This document shows positions 50,919-63,419 of a stretch of DNA of 64,000 nucleotides, one piece after another. Below the pieces are notes generated by a model. That model was given only the letters and a program-made list of their open reading frames with translations. It ran no database searches and had not been told where the DNA came from. Location: contig NC_043007.1 in the NCBI RefSeq assembly GCF_006345805.1, forward strand, positions 17,670,001 through 17,734,000, in the 5' to 3' direction. A program made the translations under genes and the position numbers. This DNA is from Octopus sinensis (taxonomy: Eukaryota). Position 1 is the stretch's first letter. The number at the start of each line of letters is the position of its first letter.

Positions 50919-52190
50919 TTAAAGGGGTGGTGGTAATGAAGAAAAGAAGTTAAGGCTGCTGTGAGTCTTCGAAAGCATTGTAAAGCAATATATTTCATTT
51001 CCTCCTCAGAAGGGAATATTTTATGATTATGTAAGAAATCTATGTAACCAAGTATAAACACTAAATACATCGACAGATCACAATGGGAGCATGAAGCAAA
51101 GATGGTATGGGTGTAGCTGTGTGATTAAGAAGCTTGCTTCTTAACCATGAGGTCTTGGGTTCAGTCCCACTGCATGGTACCTTCAGCAAGTGTCTTTTAT
51201 TGTAGCTCTGGGCTAATCAAATCCATGTGAGTGGATTTGTAGATGGAAACTGAAAGAAGCCTGTCCTGTGTGTGTATGTGCGTGTGTGTGTGTGTGTGCA
51301 CATGTGCCCTTGTTTAGAGATCATGTGATGTTATAAATGAGCAACATGGTCATACAGGTGAGGTTGTTCATGTCCAGTCTTCCGTGCAAAAGACGTCTGG
51401 TTATGAGACAATATTACCTTGCTTGGAAACAGGTGAGGGTTGATGACAGGAAGGGCCATAGAAAATCTGCCACAATAAATTCTGCCTTACCGATGCTAGC
51501 ATAAAAAAAGTGGATGTTAAAGGATAATAACGATGATGTTTGAGCAGCCATGAGAATATTGAACCTCACTGAATGGATGATATAGGAACAGGAATACAAT
51601 CAATAGGTGATTGGTCAGGATATTGTAACCCTGTTCAGCATACGGAAGTCTTATTGGAAGCTTCAATCTTGACTCATTTCCACTTAGAAGATAGCAATGA
51701 AATTTTCATCGTTACCAACGTTGCCTTACTGGCACCTGTACCGGTGGCATGTGTAAAAAGATTTGAGCGAGGTCATTGCCAGTACCGCCTGACTGGCCCC
51801 CGTGCCGGTGGCACATAAAAACCACCCACTACACTCTTGGAGTGGTTGGCATTCGGAAGGGCATCCAGCTGTAGAAACTCTTCCAAATCAAGATTGGAGC
51901 CTGGTGCAGCCATCTTGTTCGCCAGCCCTCAGTCAAAATCGTCCAACCCATGCTAGCATGGAAAGCGGACGTTAAACGATGACGATTGCAATAATGGAAA
52001 CTTATGATAATATGATATGAAGATGAACTATGGGTTAGATATTAGGGGTGAGAAGGGCTCTATGATGGAATAGTTTGAGAAACACTGGACATGTCGTGTA
52101 TAATAAAATTAATCTATCAGGAATTAGTTGTTTAAACTTTCTCTAAATAAAAACTATTTACTGAAATAAAATGGTTGTTTTGTTTCTTAG

Positions 52191-52211
52191 CCTAGACGAG
52201 CAGGTTCTATG
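52191..52211 (+). CDS. WDR62/MAPKBP1: Candidate 21-nt microexon (PRRAGSM) of the same gene
   Basis: Acceptor ttgttttgtttcttag|CCT and donor ATG|gtaagt. 7 codons, phase 0-0 like its neighbour. Splice-signal evidence only; no transcript evidence. Confidence 0.55.
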
Positions 52212-53194
52212 GTAAGTTCTGACTTCGATTTAGTGTTGTGTAACATATTGCATGTTTGTTGTTATTATTGACGATAGGTATTTTACTGACATGTGTTTGT
52301 GATGTCTGTTGAGCACTTCGTATTTAGAGACCCCAAAACACCGGACTGCTGTACATATTTTCCCTGACTCCTACACTAATGAATTTTTTCTAACTTAATC
52401 TGTTTATCATTTTGTTTTTATTTGTTTCTGTTTTGTTTTTTTTAACCTTTAAACACAACTTCCAGTATTTTAGTTAACATTTTATCACACTCTTCACTTG
52501 TTCGCTGTTCTGACTTTCTGTAGTTTAGTTAACATCTTGTAAATGTACCGACCCCACCCTCACTTGTCTGGTCTTCTGATGTTCCATCATATTTTGATTT
52601 AAATTGATAACATGTTTGGATATTTATTTTTAAAAATTTTATGATATTGGCACAGGTGTGGCTGTGTAGTAAGAAATTTGCTTTTATAATTGTATGGACA
52701 TTTTAGTCCAAATATATTGTATTTTAAATTGTAAGAGGGTTAATACCTCTGTATATGATGTCTGTAAAGAACAATGTTTTAGAGAAGCAGAGGGTCGGCA
52801 GGCACTGTCTTCTCTTATCTTTATCATTTTTGTATCATAATCATTCCCCTCATCAGTGTCTATGTCCAACCCACAAAGCTACCTTATCTATGTGCTGCCT
52901 GTATGGCAAATTTAATGAATAAAAGAAGTTTGCTTTTCAACCACATGGTTCTGAGTTCAGATCCACTGTGTGGCACCTTGGGCAGTTGTCTTCTACTAAA
53001 TCCACTGGCCTACCAAGGCCTTGTAAGTGGATTTGGTTGCTGGAAACTGAAAGAACTCTTTCTCTCTCACATACACATGTATAACTGTGTGTGTCTGTCC
53101 TCTTGGCAGCTGGTACTGGTTTGTTTACATTCCTGTAACTTAGCAGTTTGGCATAAAGAGACCAATAGAATAAGTATCAGATTTAAAAGAAATA

Positions 53195-53618
53195 TCAAGT
53201 GTGATTGTTACCAGTGTCGCCTTACTGGCACTTGTGCTCCGTGTTAGTAGGGTGCTAAGAGCACCATCCAAGCGTGATCGTTGCCAGAGCGGCTTACTGG
53301 CTTCCGTGCAGGTGGCACATAAAAGGCACCATTCAAGCGTGATCGTTACCAGCATCGCCTTACTGGCACCCGTGCTGGTGGCATGTGTAAAAAGATTCGA
53401 GCGAGGTCATTGCCAGTACCGCCTGACTGGCCCCCATGCTGGTGGCACGTAAAAGCACCCACTACACTCACGGAGTGGTTGGCATTAGGAAGGGCATCCA
53501 GCTGTAGAAACACTGCCAGATCAAGATTGGAGCCTGGTGCAGCCATCTGGTTCTCCAGCCCTCAGTCAAATCGTCCAACCCATGCTAGCATGGAAAGCAG
53601 ACATTAAACGATGATGAT
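53195..53618 (+). mobile_element. SINE family 3 with four internal units, joined to a truncated family-2 copy (52915-53190)
   Basis: Tandem units precede the shared tail and (GAT)n. Confidence 0.82.
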
Positions 53619-54379
53619 ATGCTGGGGTTGATGCAATGGGCTAAATCTCTCAAAGCAGTACTCCAGCATGGCCACAGTCCAGTGAGTGAAACAAGAAAAA
53701 GACACAAGATAAAAAATGACAAAACAAAGCAAAACCCCCTTTCAGATGAGTTCTGTTCTGTAGACGTTAAGGGCTTCCACTTGCAGCAGACATACCTGCA
53801 ATAGTAAGAACGATGTTGGTTTGTCACCTCAGTCTATTTCAGTCTCAAATCTCTGAAGTTTCTTTTGATTAAACTCACATCACCCCCCCACTCCCATTTC
53901 ATTATAAGTAACATGAATCTTTACGAGGAGATATTAATAATCTTCTTTCCTACTCATACAATTAAATTCAAGGTTAGTTAATCCATTAGACACCAGCCCA
54001 CCTGAGACTACCTCTCGTCTCCTCTCATACAAAATTTCCTGTTTTCAGGTGTTTTCAATGTCTCAACTTTCCATCATGATTTTGTATATATGAATTTTTT
54101 AATTAAAGTCTTAATGTTAATTAATGTTGCAAATATCGATAACAAAGCATCAAAATATTATTTCACTAATCCATTGCCAGAAATTAAAATCTTTTTTAAT
54201 ATTTTCAAAATTAATTTAAACTCATAGATGCAGGTGTGACTGTGTGGTTGAGGAGATTGCTTCTCAACCATGTGGCTTTGGGTTCAGTCCCACTGTGTGG
54301 CATCTCATGCCACAATCATCTGAATGCTAAGGGTTTAACTGGAGTAATTGCTCGTGTAAGATTTTAAAATTTGGGAACT

Positions 54380-55000
54380 GTTGTTGTCTTGGCAACTCAG
54401 AATGGTAGCGAAGCTAGGTCATAGGTCAGGCATAAGTGATATTCGGGTCATGACCATCTCATCTTTCTCTCAGGTATTCTGTATCAAGAATTGCTTTATC
54501 CATTGTGTCCTTCCCTTTTCAAAATGCTATCCTGTCATTTGAGAGATACTTCACTGCTATGTCTAGGGCCTCCTACTTGGTCTAAGTACCCTCATCAATT
54601 TTCAACATGTCTAATTCTTAACCTACAAAAAAAAAGTTTTGCATGTCTAATTTGTTGTCTTTTTGATGTTATTGTGTGTTTTACTTTGATGTTTTTTTTT
54701 GTGTCTATGTGGTATTTTATTACACTCTACCCATTCCCACCAAATTCTCTTAAATGTTCTAATTTTCTACACTTCCATTGATGAACTGAAAACCTACTTT
54801 ACAATATACATCACTGACCTGGATTGTTAACAATCATTATGTTGTCCAGTCCTCTCCTACTATGCCTAAATTACACACTTATCTTTCTGTTTTCACTATT
54901 TCTATTGCCCACTGCTTGTTTACAATTTATTTTCTCTATAATTTACCACCATACTGTCTTACCACTACTGAGCAATCAACTATAAAGAGAAGCAATACTT
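54380..55000 (-). mobile_element. Possible very old LINE ORF2 remnant
   Basis: Minus-strand fragments AF*KGKDTMD and YDLASL loosely recall the RT motifs QxGFRKGRSTxD and AYDxVxH. Heavily decayed. Confidence 0.3.
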
Positions 55001-55878
55001 TACCAAGTCTTTATTGTCAGCTTTTGCTTGTCTGTATTTATGTATTTGTTTATTATCACAGAATTTCCATGTGGGTTGGTGACTAAACACTCTGGTAGCT
55101 TAGTGTTAGCATATTTAATATATGAAAGTAACTTAGCTCTCCTCCCCACTCTCTCTTTCTCTCTCTCTCTCCTGTATATGCATGTATACATACATAATAC
55201 ACACATGCTTATATGTACAAATGCCGGGTGGTGGAGAAAAAAAAAACGCATTCAGTATATGAAATAGTTTATTTAAATATAGTAAAATGGTCTGTGAATT
55301 CTAATCCTTGTTTCTTAGTTTTATGCAGTCACACACATGCTATATATCTGAAGGAGCCCAGCCACATTTTGCATGTGTGTGACTCTGGAACTGAGTAAAT
55401 TGTGTGTGCATGTGTTTGTACACTACACACAGGGCTTCTGCTGCAAGGCATGCCCTTCATCAGCTGTCAATTGGTGATCATAATGATTTTGAGAACTCCT
55501 TGACCATATCACTCCCTACAGCAGTTCCAAGTAACATTGACATATCCAAAGAATGTTAGGATTTTTTTTTGGCCCATGCTGTAGCATGTTTATCTTCCTC
55601 AGTCATTCATGCAACACCTATTTTGTTTTACCACTCAGTGAAAACATGTTCTTTGCTTTTATTTTTGGTCCTATCTCTACCTGCATTTTCCATATCAATG
55701 ATGAAGCATTTTCTACTTTCCTCTCCAGTTTACAAATCTCTGTTCTGCTATCCTCCCTAAGCCTAATGCCAACCAGGTAGGATACAGTGGATCTAGCCAC
55801 AAACCAAGGCATCCTACCACTACCAGAAGCACTGTACTCTACCATTCTTGTTCCTTATACTATCTCCTATGTCCTTTG

Positions 55879-56111
55879 AGGGCGGCGAGCTGGCAGAAAC
55901 GTTAGCATGCCGTGCGAAATGCGTATCTGTATTTTGTCTGCCGTTACGTTCTGAGTTCAAATTCCACTGAGGTCGACTTTACCTTTCATCCTTTCAAGGA
56001 CAATAAATTAAGTACCAGTTATGCACTGGGGTCGATGTAATTGGCTTAATTTGTTTGTCTGTCCTTGTTTGTCCCCTCTATGTTTAGCCCCTTGTGGGCA
56101 GTAAAGAAACA
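55879..56111 (+). mobile_element. Family-1 SINE, full length, with a 23-bp TSD
   Basis: TATACTATCTCCTATGTCCTTTG at 55856-55878 and 56112-56134. Confidence 0.9.
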
Positions 56112-59100
56112 TATACTATCTCCTATGTCCTTTGTATTTAAACTCTTTCTTTTGTGTGTCTTTTCTATATTGCTTTCTCGTGACACCGTCATCTCATCAC
56201 TCAAAGCAGTTTTTTTTTTTTATCAAGTTAGACATACCACAAGGTCAGGGTGCTGCTCTGATAACAAAATATTGCTTGAGAATAGTACTTTCTTCACCTT
56301 CAGTCATTATAACCGTGTAGAAAACCTGGGTATCAGCTTTCTGTTGTTTTTGCCCTGTGTCTCCTCCTTTCTTGTGGAAAACAACAGATTATAGCCTTGT
56401 ATTAATTCTTCTTGCACGACACTGTGGTATTGTTGTTTTAGTGTATCACTAAGGATATTCAGGAGTTGATAGTGGCACCAGGCATACTCTGCAAGAGATG
56501 ACTAACCTGCTGCCAGAACAGACTCCAGTGATGCATAACCTCTTCACTGATGACAATCAGCAGTGTCCCTCTGGGAGCTGGCTGAACAATATTGGACCAC
56601 AGTCCAATATTGGATTTGTTCAGCTGTCTCACATACATACAGTGGGAAAAAAAAGAAAAGCAGTGTTAGTCACTGATTAGTAATATATTATTTTTTCTTG
56701 CTAGTATGGGAGGTAAATCTAGGCATGTTTCAGTCTCATTCTGATCTCATCAGTAAAGCATAGCATTCACTATACTAATTATTTGGTGGTTGTTATTTAA
56801 CCCCAGGTTAACCCTACCTGAGCAGACCTGTGATGAAAGACATTTCAGCCATTACTGTACTGTCTTCTTTGGCATTGTGTATCTAAGGCTATATGATCCA
56901 GTGTGTTTCTTTGTTTTGATGGTGGTGAGGTGTAATTTGAGGAAGGGTTGGCTGGTATTTCTAGCCAGTAGGTCACCTCTTTACAGGCTCCTTTGTTTTG
57001 TTTTCCTGTAATTTACTTAGATGTGGTTTTATATCCTGAGCAAAAAAATTTCCCTCACATCTGTTCGACACTGCAAAAAACTAAGTTAAATACTGATCTT
57101 ATGGACGTTTTAGGGTTAATGTGAGGATTAACATTTAATTTATTTTGAGATAATAACCCTCCCCGCCACCTTATGGTGTGTGTACATGTGTGTGTTCTGT
57201 TCATTAAATGATGATTAGTCAAGTTCCATCACACTTAACTTCGGTTCACCGATTCCGTGTAATTCTTCTCTATCTTATTTCTTTATAATATATTTTACTT
57301 TATAAGTTTCTGTTCTCCTGGCCCCTAATTCTCAACTCTTACTGCCTCCTTAAATTCTAATCTGTACCAATATCAGAACCAACATATGGCATCCAGTAAC
57401 CTGCTTCACATCATCCTCCCCCCCAACCACCCCACATTCCACCACCCCTATAGCTTTTTATTTGTTGTCGTTTTATTTTTGCTTTCCCCATACAAATATC
57501 ATTTGATGCCTTTTAAATTCCCAGTTGCTGTAATACACACACACCCTGGCATGCACATATTAATTGGGGAGAGAGGGAAACAGTTTTTTCCAAACACATT
57601 ATTAAAAACGCATCTTTGTTTTAATTTCTCATATTTCTTATGAATTTTGTTGTTTTTAGATAGAGTGGCAGTTGCCTGTTGTGATCTCATTGGGGGCAGA
57701 GTCCTTTAAATAGTAATAACCAACTGATAACATTAAGCAGTGGATATAACAATATCCTGAGTGTATAACCCAATTAATGTGGACAATTATGATCTGATTT
57801 CATCATAAGTGCAGGCATGGCTGTGTGATTAAGAAGTTCGCTTCCTAACCTCATGGTTTCAGGTTCAGTCCCACTGTGTGGTACCTTGAACAAGTGTCTT
57901 GTACTGTAGCCCCACACTAACTAAATCCTTGTGAGAAGATTTTGTAGATGGAAACTGTAAAAAGCCTACGATATAATACACCCACACAGCCACATATTTT
58001 TGTTGTATAAGATATGGATTCGGAGAATCCTATGCCTATCTCAGAAAGCTCCTCTAATGGACTCGGCTATCAGACCATACAGTAATCCAACATAGGGAAG
58101 TGTAATGCAGAATGTCTATACGGAAATTATTACTACAGGAAGAAGGCTGCAAAACGGCCATAATCTTCGAATTGTCATACCGCCCAACTTTTTATGGCAT
58201 GTATGTGTGCGTGTGTGCATGCACACATGCGTGTGTGTAATGTTTGTATGTATGAATATGCTTGTACTTCCTTGTCTTGATATTGCATGGTTGTTGTAAA
58301 TGAATGTCATTCATTTCCAATATTCTGTGAAAACATATCTAGTTACGAGGAAATATTGCCTTGCTTGAAAACTTATATGGGTTGATGACATGAAGGGCAT
58401 CTGGCCATAGAAAAATCTGCCTCAGTAAACTCTGTCTGACCCATGTAGGTATGGAAAAGTTGATGTTAAAATGATGATAGAATAACATAATCTAGGATTA
58501 TAAGTGGCTTTTACTATGTTTCAAATAATACTGTTGCAAAGTTATCCATAAAAATATTTCAAGGATACGTAACTTTATCTTTAGTGTGACAGCTGTTATA
58601 GAATATCAAATGATGGCCTACCAAACTTCACTTTTGAAATCGATGCTTATCAGTAATAAATTGAGAATATGTATATATGGATGTGTGGTTAAGGTTTGTG
58701 AGGATGTGGTTTTGGGTTCGATCCTTGGTGTGCTGCACTTTTGGAAAGTGCCTTCTATTATCATATATCAGCCAAAGTTCATGATGGTACCCCATCATTC
58801 ATAAGCATCGACATGGGATAGGTGCAGGCTTGGCTGGTTTCTGAAGAATTTTGCTTTGCAGCCCATGTGGTTTTGGGTTCAGTACCACTGCATGGCACAT
58901 GGTGACTTGGGTAAATTCTTCTTCTGTAGTCTTTAGCTTACCAATACCTCGCGAATGAAATTGGTACGTAAAGTAGCCATTGCAGTTCAGCCCTAGGTCA
59001 GCCCTGATCCAGTAGTAGAAGCAATTGGATCAATGTCTGGATTTGATGATTGTGTAGGTGGTATTGAATATTTCTCAGTTGACTTCATATAACCAATCCT

Positions 59101-60182
59101 GTTATTGCTTCTCTTGCTTTTTTTTTTCGGTTTTTTTTCCTGATTTTTTTTCCCCTATTAATTTGTTTTTCTCACACATCTGTTTCTTTCGAAGTAGCAT
59201 AATTTATTGATGATTCAGTGAACATGACATTTGAATTGCAAGCCATGATGCTTTCGCTTTCAGAAAAAAAGTTTAGAGAGTTTAATCCAGCTATAGTTCT
59301 GGTAATATGAGCTTTCTACAGGTTCCAATAAATCAATAAGCTGATCATGAGAATGGAATCTACCATGTTTGAAATAGTAAAATTTAAAAGAGCTGTAAAC
59401 TTTTCTTAGTGAATCTTCAATATACATTGTGGTTATTTAAATTAGAAGAATTATCAGAAGTAATAATGGGAATAGCTGTTTGCTGTTAGTTCCAATAGTG
59501 TTGCAAAAATGGTAAATATGTTGTTAGCTGTACCTACTTAAGCCACTGCATTCCTTGTTTGTAAAGAATTTAAATGTGTTCTTCAAAATTCTTTAATTTT
59601 AGACAATTTGTTTTATCATGTTTGTCCATTGGAGTGATGAGGACCACCTAGTTATCCTCAAGGATGACTAATGACTTGTGTGGTGATTTTGTGTTATTGG
59701 CATAACAACCCTTCTGAGATACAACAAAGTCTGTTTCAACACATGAGTTCACATCAAGAATCTTACAAAACCAAATGCAAAAACATTTTAACTTGCCCAT
59801 TGAAATGTTAACTAAGTTATTGGAGGTAGTTAGGTAAAAGTTGTCTGTTTGTATGAAGCAAAGCATTTTAATCAGCTTATGGCAGTTACTATCAAAATGC
59901 AAAGAGCCTGAATAAATATTGCAGAGCATCCTTTCAAGTACTGCAACAATTTTGCTACCAATCCACTACCTTAATAATAAATGTAATAAAATTTAGCTTG
60001 AATCCCAATGGCTTGCTAATCTATTGGGATTTCCTTGTGTGAATTCAGATCTTAATCTCATCACTAGTGTTGTATTTTTCAATGGGTTTAAATGCGAAAG
60101 CTATATACTGAAGCTTTAACGTAACTCTTGTTTCTCTTTAGCTTTGCTTCAAGATGGTTTCCACAATTGGTTTGCTATAGTT

Positions 60183-60757
60183 ATCATCATCATCATCGTT
60201 TAACGTCCGCTTTCCATGCTAGCATGGTTTGGACGAATGACTGAGGGCTGGCGAACCAGATGGCTGCACCAGGCTTCAATCTTGATCTGGCAGAGTTTCT
60301 ACAGCTGGATGCCCTTACAAATGCCAACCACTCCGAGAGTGTAGTGGGTGCTGTTACATGCCACCGGCATGGGGCCAGTCAGGCGGTACTGGCAACGACC
60401 TCGCTTGAATCTTTTACATATGCCACCGGCACAGGCGCCAGTAAAGCGATGCTGGTAATGATCACACTCGAATGGTGTTTTTTACGTGCCACCAGCACGG
60501 AGGCCAGATAGCCGCTGTGGCAATGATCACGCTCAGATGGTGCTCTTAATACCCTACTAGCACAGGGCTCGAGTGCCAGTAAGGTGACGCTGGTAACAAT
60601 CGCGCTCGAATGGTGCCTTTTAAGTGCCACTGGCATGGAAGCCGGTAACCGCTCTGTCAATGATCACACTCATATGGTGCTCTTTTCACCCCGCTAGCAT
60701 GGACGCCAGTCATCGAATTTGCCTCAACAGGTCTTTGCAAGCAGAGTTTTCGTGTCC
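60183..60757 (-). mobile_element. Longest SINE family 3 copy (five or more internal units)
   Basis: (CAT)n end at 60183. On the + strand the units begin with GCCACCGGCAY-like motifs. Confidence 0.82.
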
Positions 60758-62067
60758 ATCCTTCTCTGCTAGAGAGCAGCATAGGTAGCGAAATACCTAG
60801 CACTGGAGATGTTTCCCCTGCTTCCATGTTCTTGTCAGGGCAACAATTTTGTTTTTAGAATAGATTTTTCGCTCTCAACATCTAGGAACATGTACAGTGT
60901 GTTTCTTTCCAGTTTTGAAGTAGCAGTGTGAAAAACGATCCTGTAAAACTTGTCGTTTCTCCTTCACACCTCAAACAAATGACAGACGACAAAGAAATAA
61001 AATTTTCACACCAGCCATTGTCCTTTTATAAATAGTTCTGTTCATATCTTTAACAAATTCACTAATCTTTTTTTTCAATCTTAATCTTTCATCTATTGTT
61101 TCTTATAAATATCTTTTTTAATATCACATTGTTCACAATTCTACAGTTACAAAACAGATATTTGTCTTTGGCATAAATACAATGGATAGGAAATTGTGGC
61201 TTAGAAGATGGCAAAGATTTCATTTGTTATTGTGGATACTGGTTGGACTTAGAACAAGGCTGCTAGTTAAGTTAATAAGTAAAATGCGTGAGTTCCATCA
61301 ACCCTTCAGGTATCACAGCTGCCGTTTCTTCTTCATTTAATGTATTGCATTTTAAAGCAGATCAATAGTTTTATTACTTTTCCTAACGTTTCTTATGATC
61401 CGAGGTGTAACAGCTGGAGGTTATCCTTTTCCTTGCTCATTTAGGCTACATATCCTGTGAAGATTTTACTGGTAGGAGACGCCCTTCGTAGGTTTTACAA
61501 TGCACCTCCTGGCTTGAGAATCAAACCTACGTGAGTGCAGTACCCTAACCAGTAGCCCTCCTCCCCTATATGTGTGCATGCACATGCGTTCACACACACA
61601 CACAAAATTATGTACAAACTGGTATGCTTGCTACAATATACAAATTGAATATACAAGTTAAATTAATATCTGATACATAAATTATATCAACAGCTATTAC
61701 TTCAGTAAAAGTAAATAATTGACGATGTGTATAAAGAAAGGTTCAGATGTAAGTTATAGACAATAAAATTATGCATGAAACGATTTGGCATAATTACATA
61801 AAAACTTCTTTTGCAAAGCTATTTTCTAAATTGGTGGGGAAGGTAGTGGGGGGGAGGGCACAATATTGCATTTCTCTGAAAAATTGCTGAGTTGGTGACA
61901 TTGGTCATTTTGCTGTTAACGAATCATACTCTGGCTTCATACTTTCAAAGATGTTTAGGATAAGAGATCATTTCCTTGAAAGGAGGGGAGGGAGGGGGAC
62001 AGAAAATAAACAGGTAAGGGTTAATGACAGGAATAGTATCCAGCTGTAAAGCAATGTTTCAATAATT

Positions 62068-62492
62068 GGATCTTTTCAGTTTGAACGGCAGTTTTTAACA
62101 TAATTTCTAGGTAACTAAAAAATTTTAAACTTCGTACACTGTTAGAATGTGTTTATAAAACATCTTTTTCTCTTGGCTTTATTGAGAAAATTCTATAGTT
62201 TGTAAGATATTTGTTGTTTTTTTTCTTCTTCTATTTCTGCAATTTCAACCAATCACTGACGTCCATTGAGGTAAAAAAACATTCTGTGCCGTATGAATAT
62301 GTCCCTCGTTTAAGAAACAGATTGGGTTTATTTACATTTGTGAAAAAAAAAAATACCCTTCCTCCTACCCCTAACCCTAACTCTAACCCTAAAACAGATT
62401 GAAATGCAATAGATCGATACTAGGGTCATAATTATGGGTGACAATTTCATATGACACCGCTAGAAAAACTGCCGTTCAAACCGAAAAGATCC
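62068..62492. mobile_element. Non-autonomous TIR element (425 bp) with 29-bp TIRs and internal (CCCTAA)4-like repeats
   Basis: GGATCTTTTCAGTTTGAACGGCAGTTTTT...AAAAACTGCCGTTCAAACCGAAAAGATCC, one mismatch. Flanks are CAATAATT and CAATAATA (7/8 match). Confidence 0.88.
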
Positions 62493-63419
62493 CAATAATA
62501 TATTCATTTAACCCATGCTAGCATGGAAAAACAGGTGTATAAACAAAGTAATATCAGTGTATATCTCCTAACTTATATATACAGTTTTATAGCATTAGCC
62601 CCTATAAAAGTTATTATTAAATATTACACAGAAAATACCTTTTGTTTCACACTCACAGCTTCATGTATGTGCATACACACATTGCTTCATGTACATACCC
62701 TGCCACACTATCCATTCATAGTTACATTCTCTTACGTGTATACAGAAAATATCTCCCAAGATGTCAGATGTTTTCAGAGAACATTGTTATTTCAAAAATA
62801 TTTATAGTCTAAGCAAGTGACAACTACTATTTGAATAATTTGTTCATATATGTTGGGCTTACCTTGAGGCATGTGTGTATATAGATTTACTGGCAACACA
62901 TACATTTACTGGCAACAGTCCCACCATGGGCCACTATTATTAGTTTGGTTGTTTAATGTCACATCGTTACCTTGTAAGGTATATTAGTATAGTGAGGTGT
63001 GTGTGTTGTGTGTGCTTGGTGAGAGCAGCTGATATGTCTAAGTTATGTATTTCAATGGGGGATTACACTTTTCTTAGGTGATTTATTGTTTGTTCCTCTC
63101 CCAAGGGATGGTTATTGATGGAGACCAAGGCAAGGAGGAGGGAGAAGAGAGAGAGAGAGACAGGCCAACAGACAGATGTATTAGGAAGATGGAGACAGAT
63201 ATAGATATAGCATGAAGGGTTTTTCATTTTCTCACTTAAGGGAGACACTAAGAATAGACTAGTTCTAATGTTGGTAACTGTTATTAACTTGTAAATACCT
63301 ACAAGTTACTTCAACCCTTTGAAACCCAGAGCTGAAGTTATAAACCTTCAGGATTTCATTTTTACACCGAAACTGACTTGGTTCAAACCTCTTCCTTCAC
63401 TTTCTCTTTATCTTATAGT

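Noticed and set aside
56453-56680. Open frame GYSGVDSG...MTNLLPEQTPV... in unique sequence
   Set aside because: No similarity to the expected next WDR62/MAPKBP1 exon, a weak acceptor, no clear donor, and a length expected by chance.
61023-61034. Overlapping TATA-like motifs on both strands, suggesting a nested promoter
   Set aside because: Common by chance in AT-rich DNA; no well-placed initiator and no convincing downstream ORF.
62369-62392. Telomere or chromosome-fusion site
   Set aside because: Only four units, and they lie inside a TIR element.
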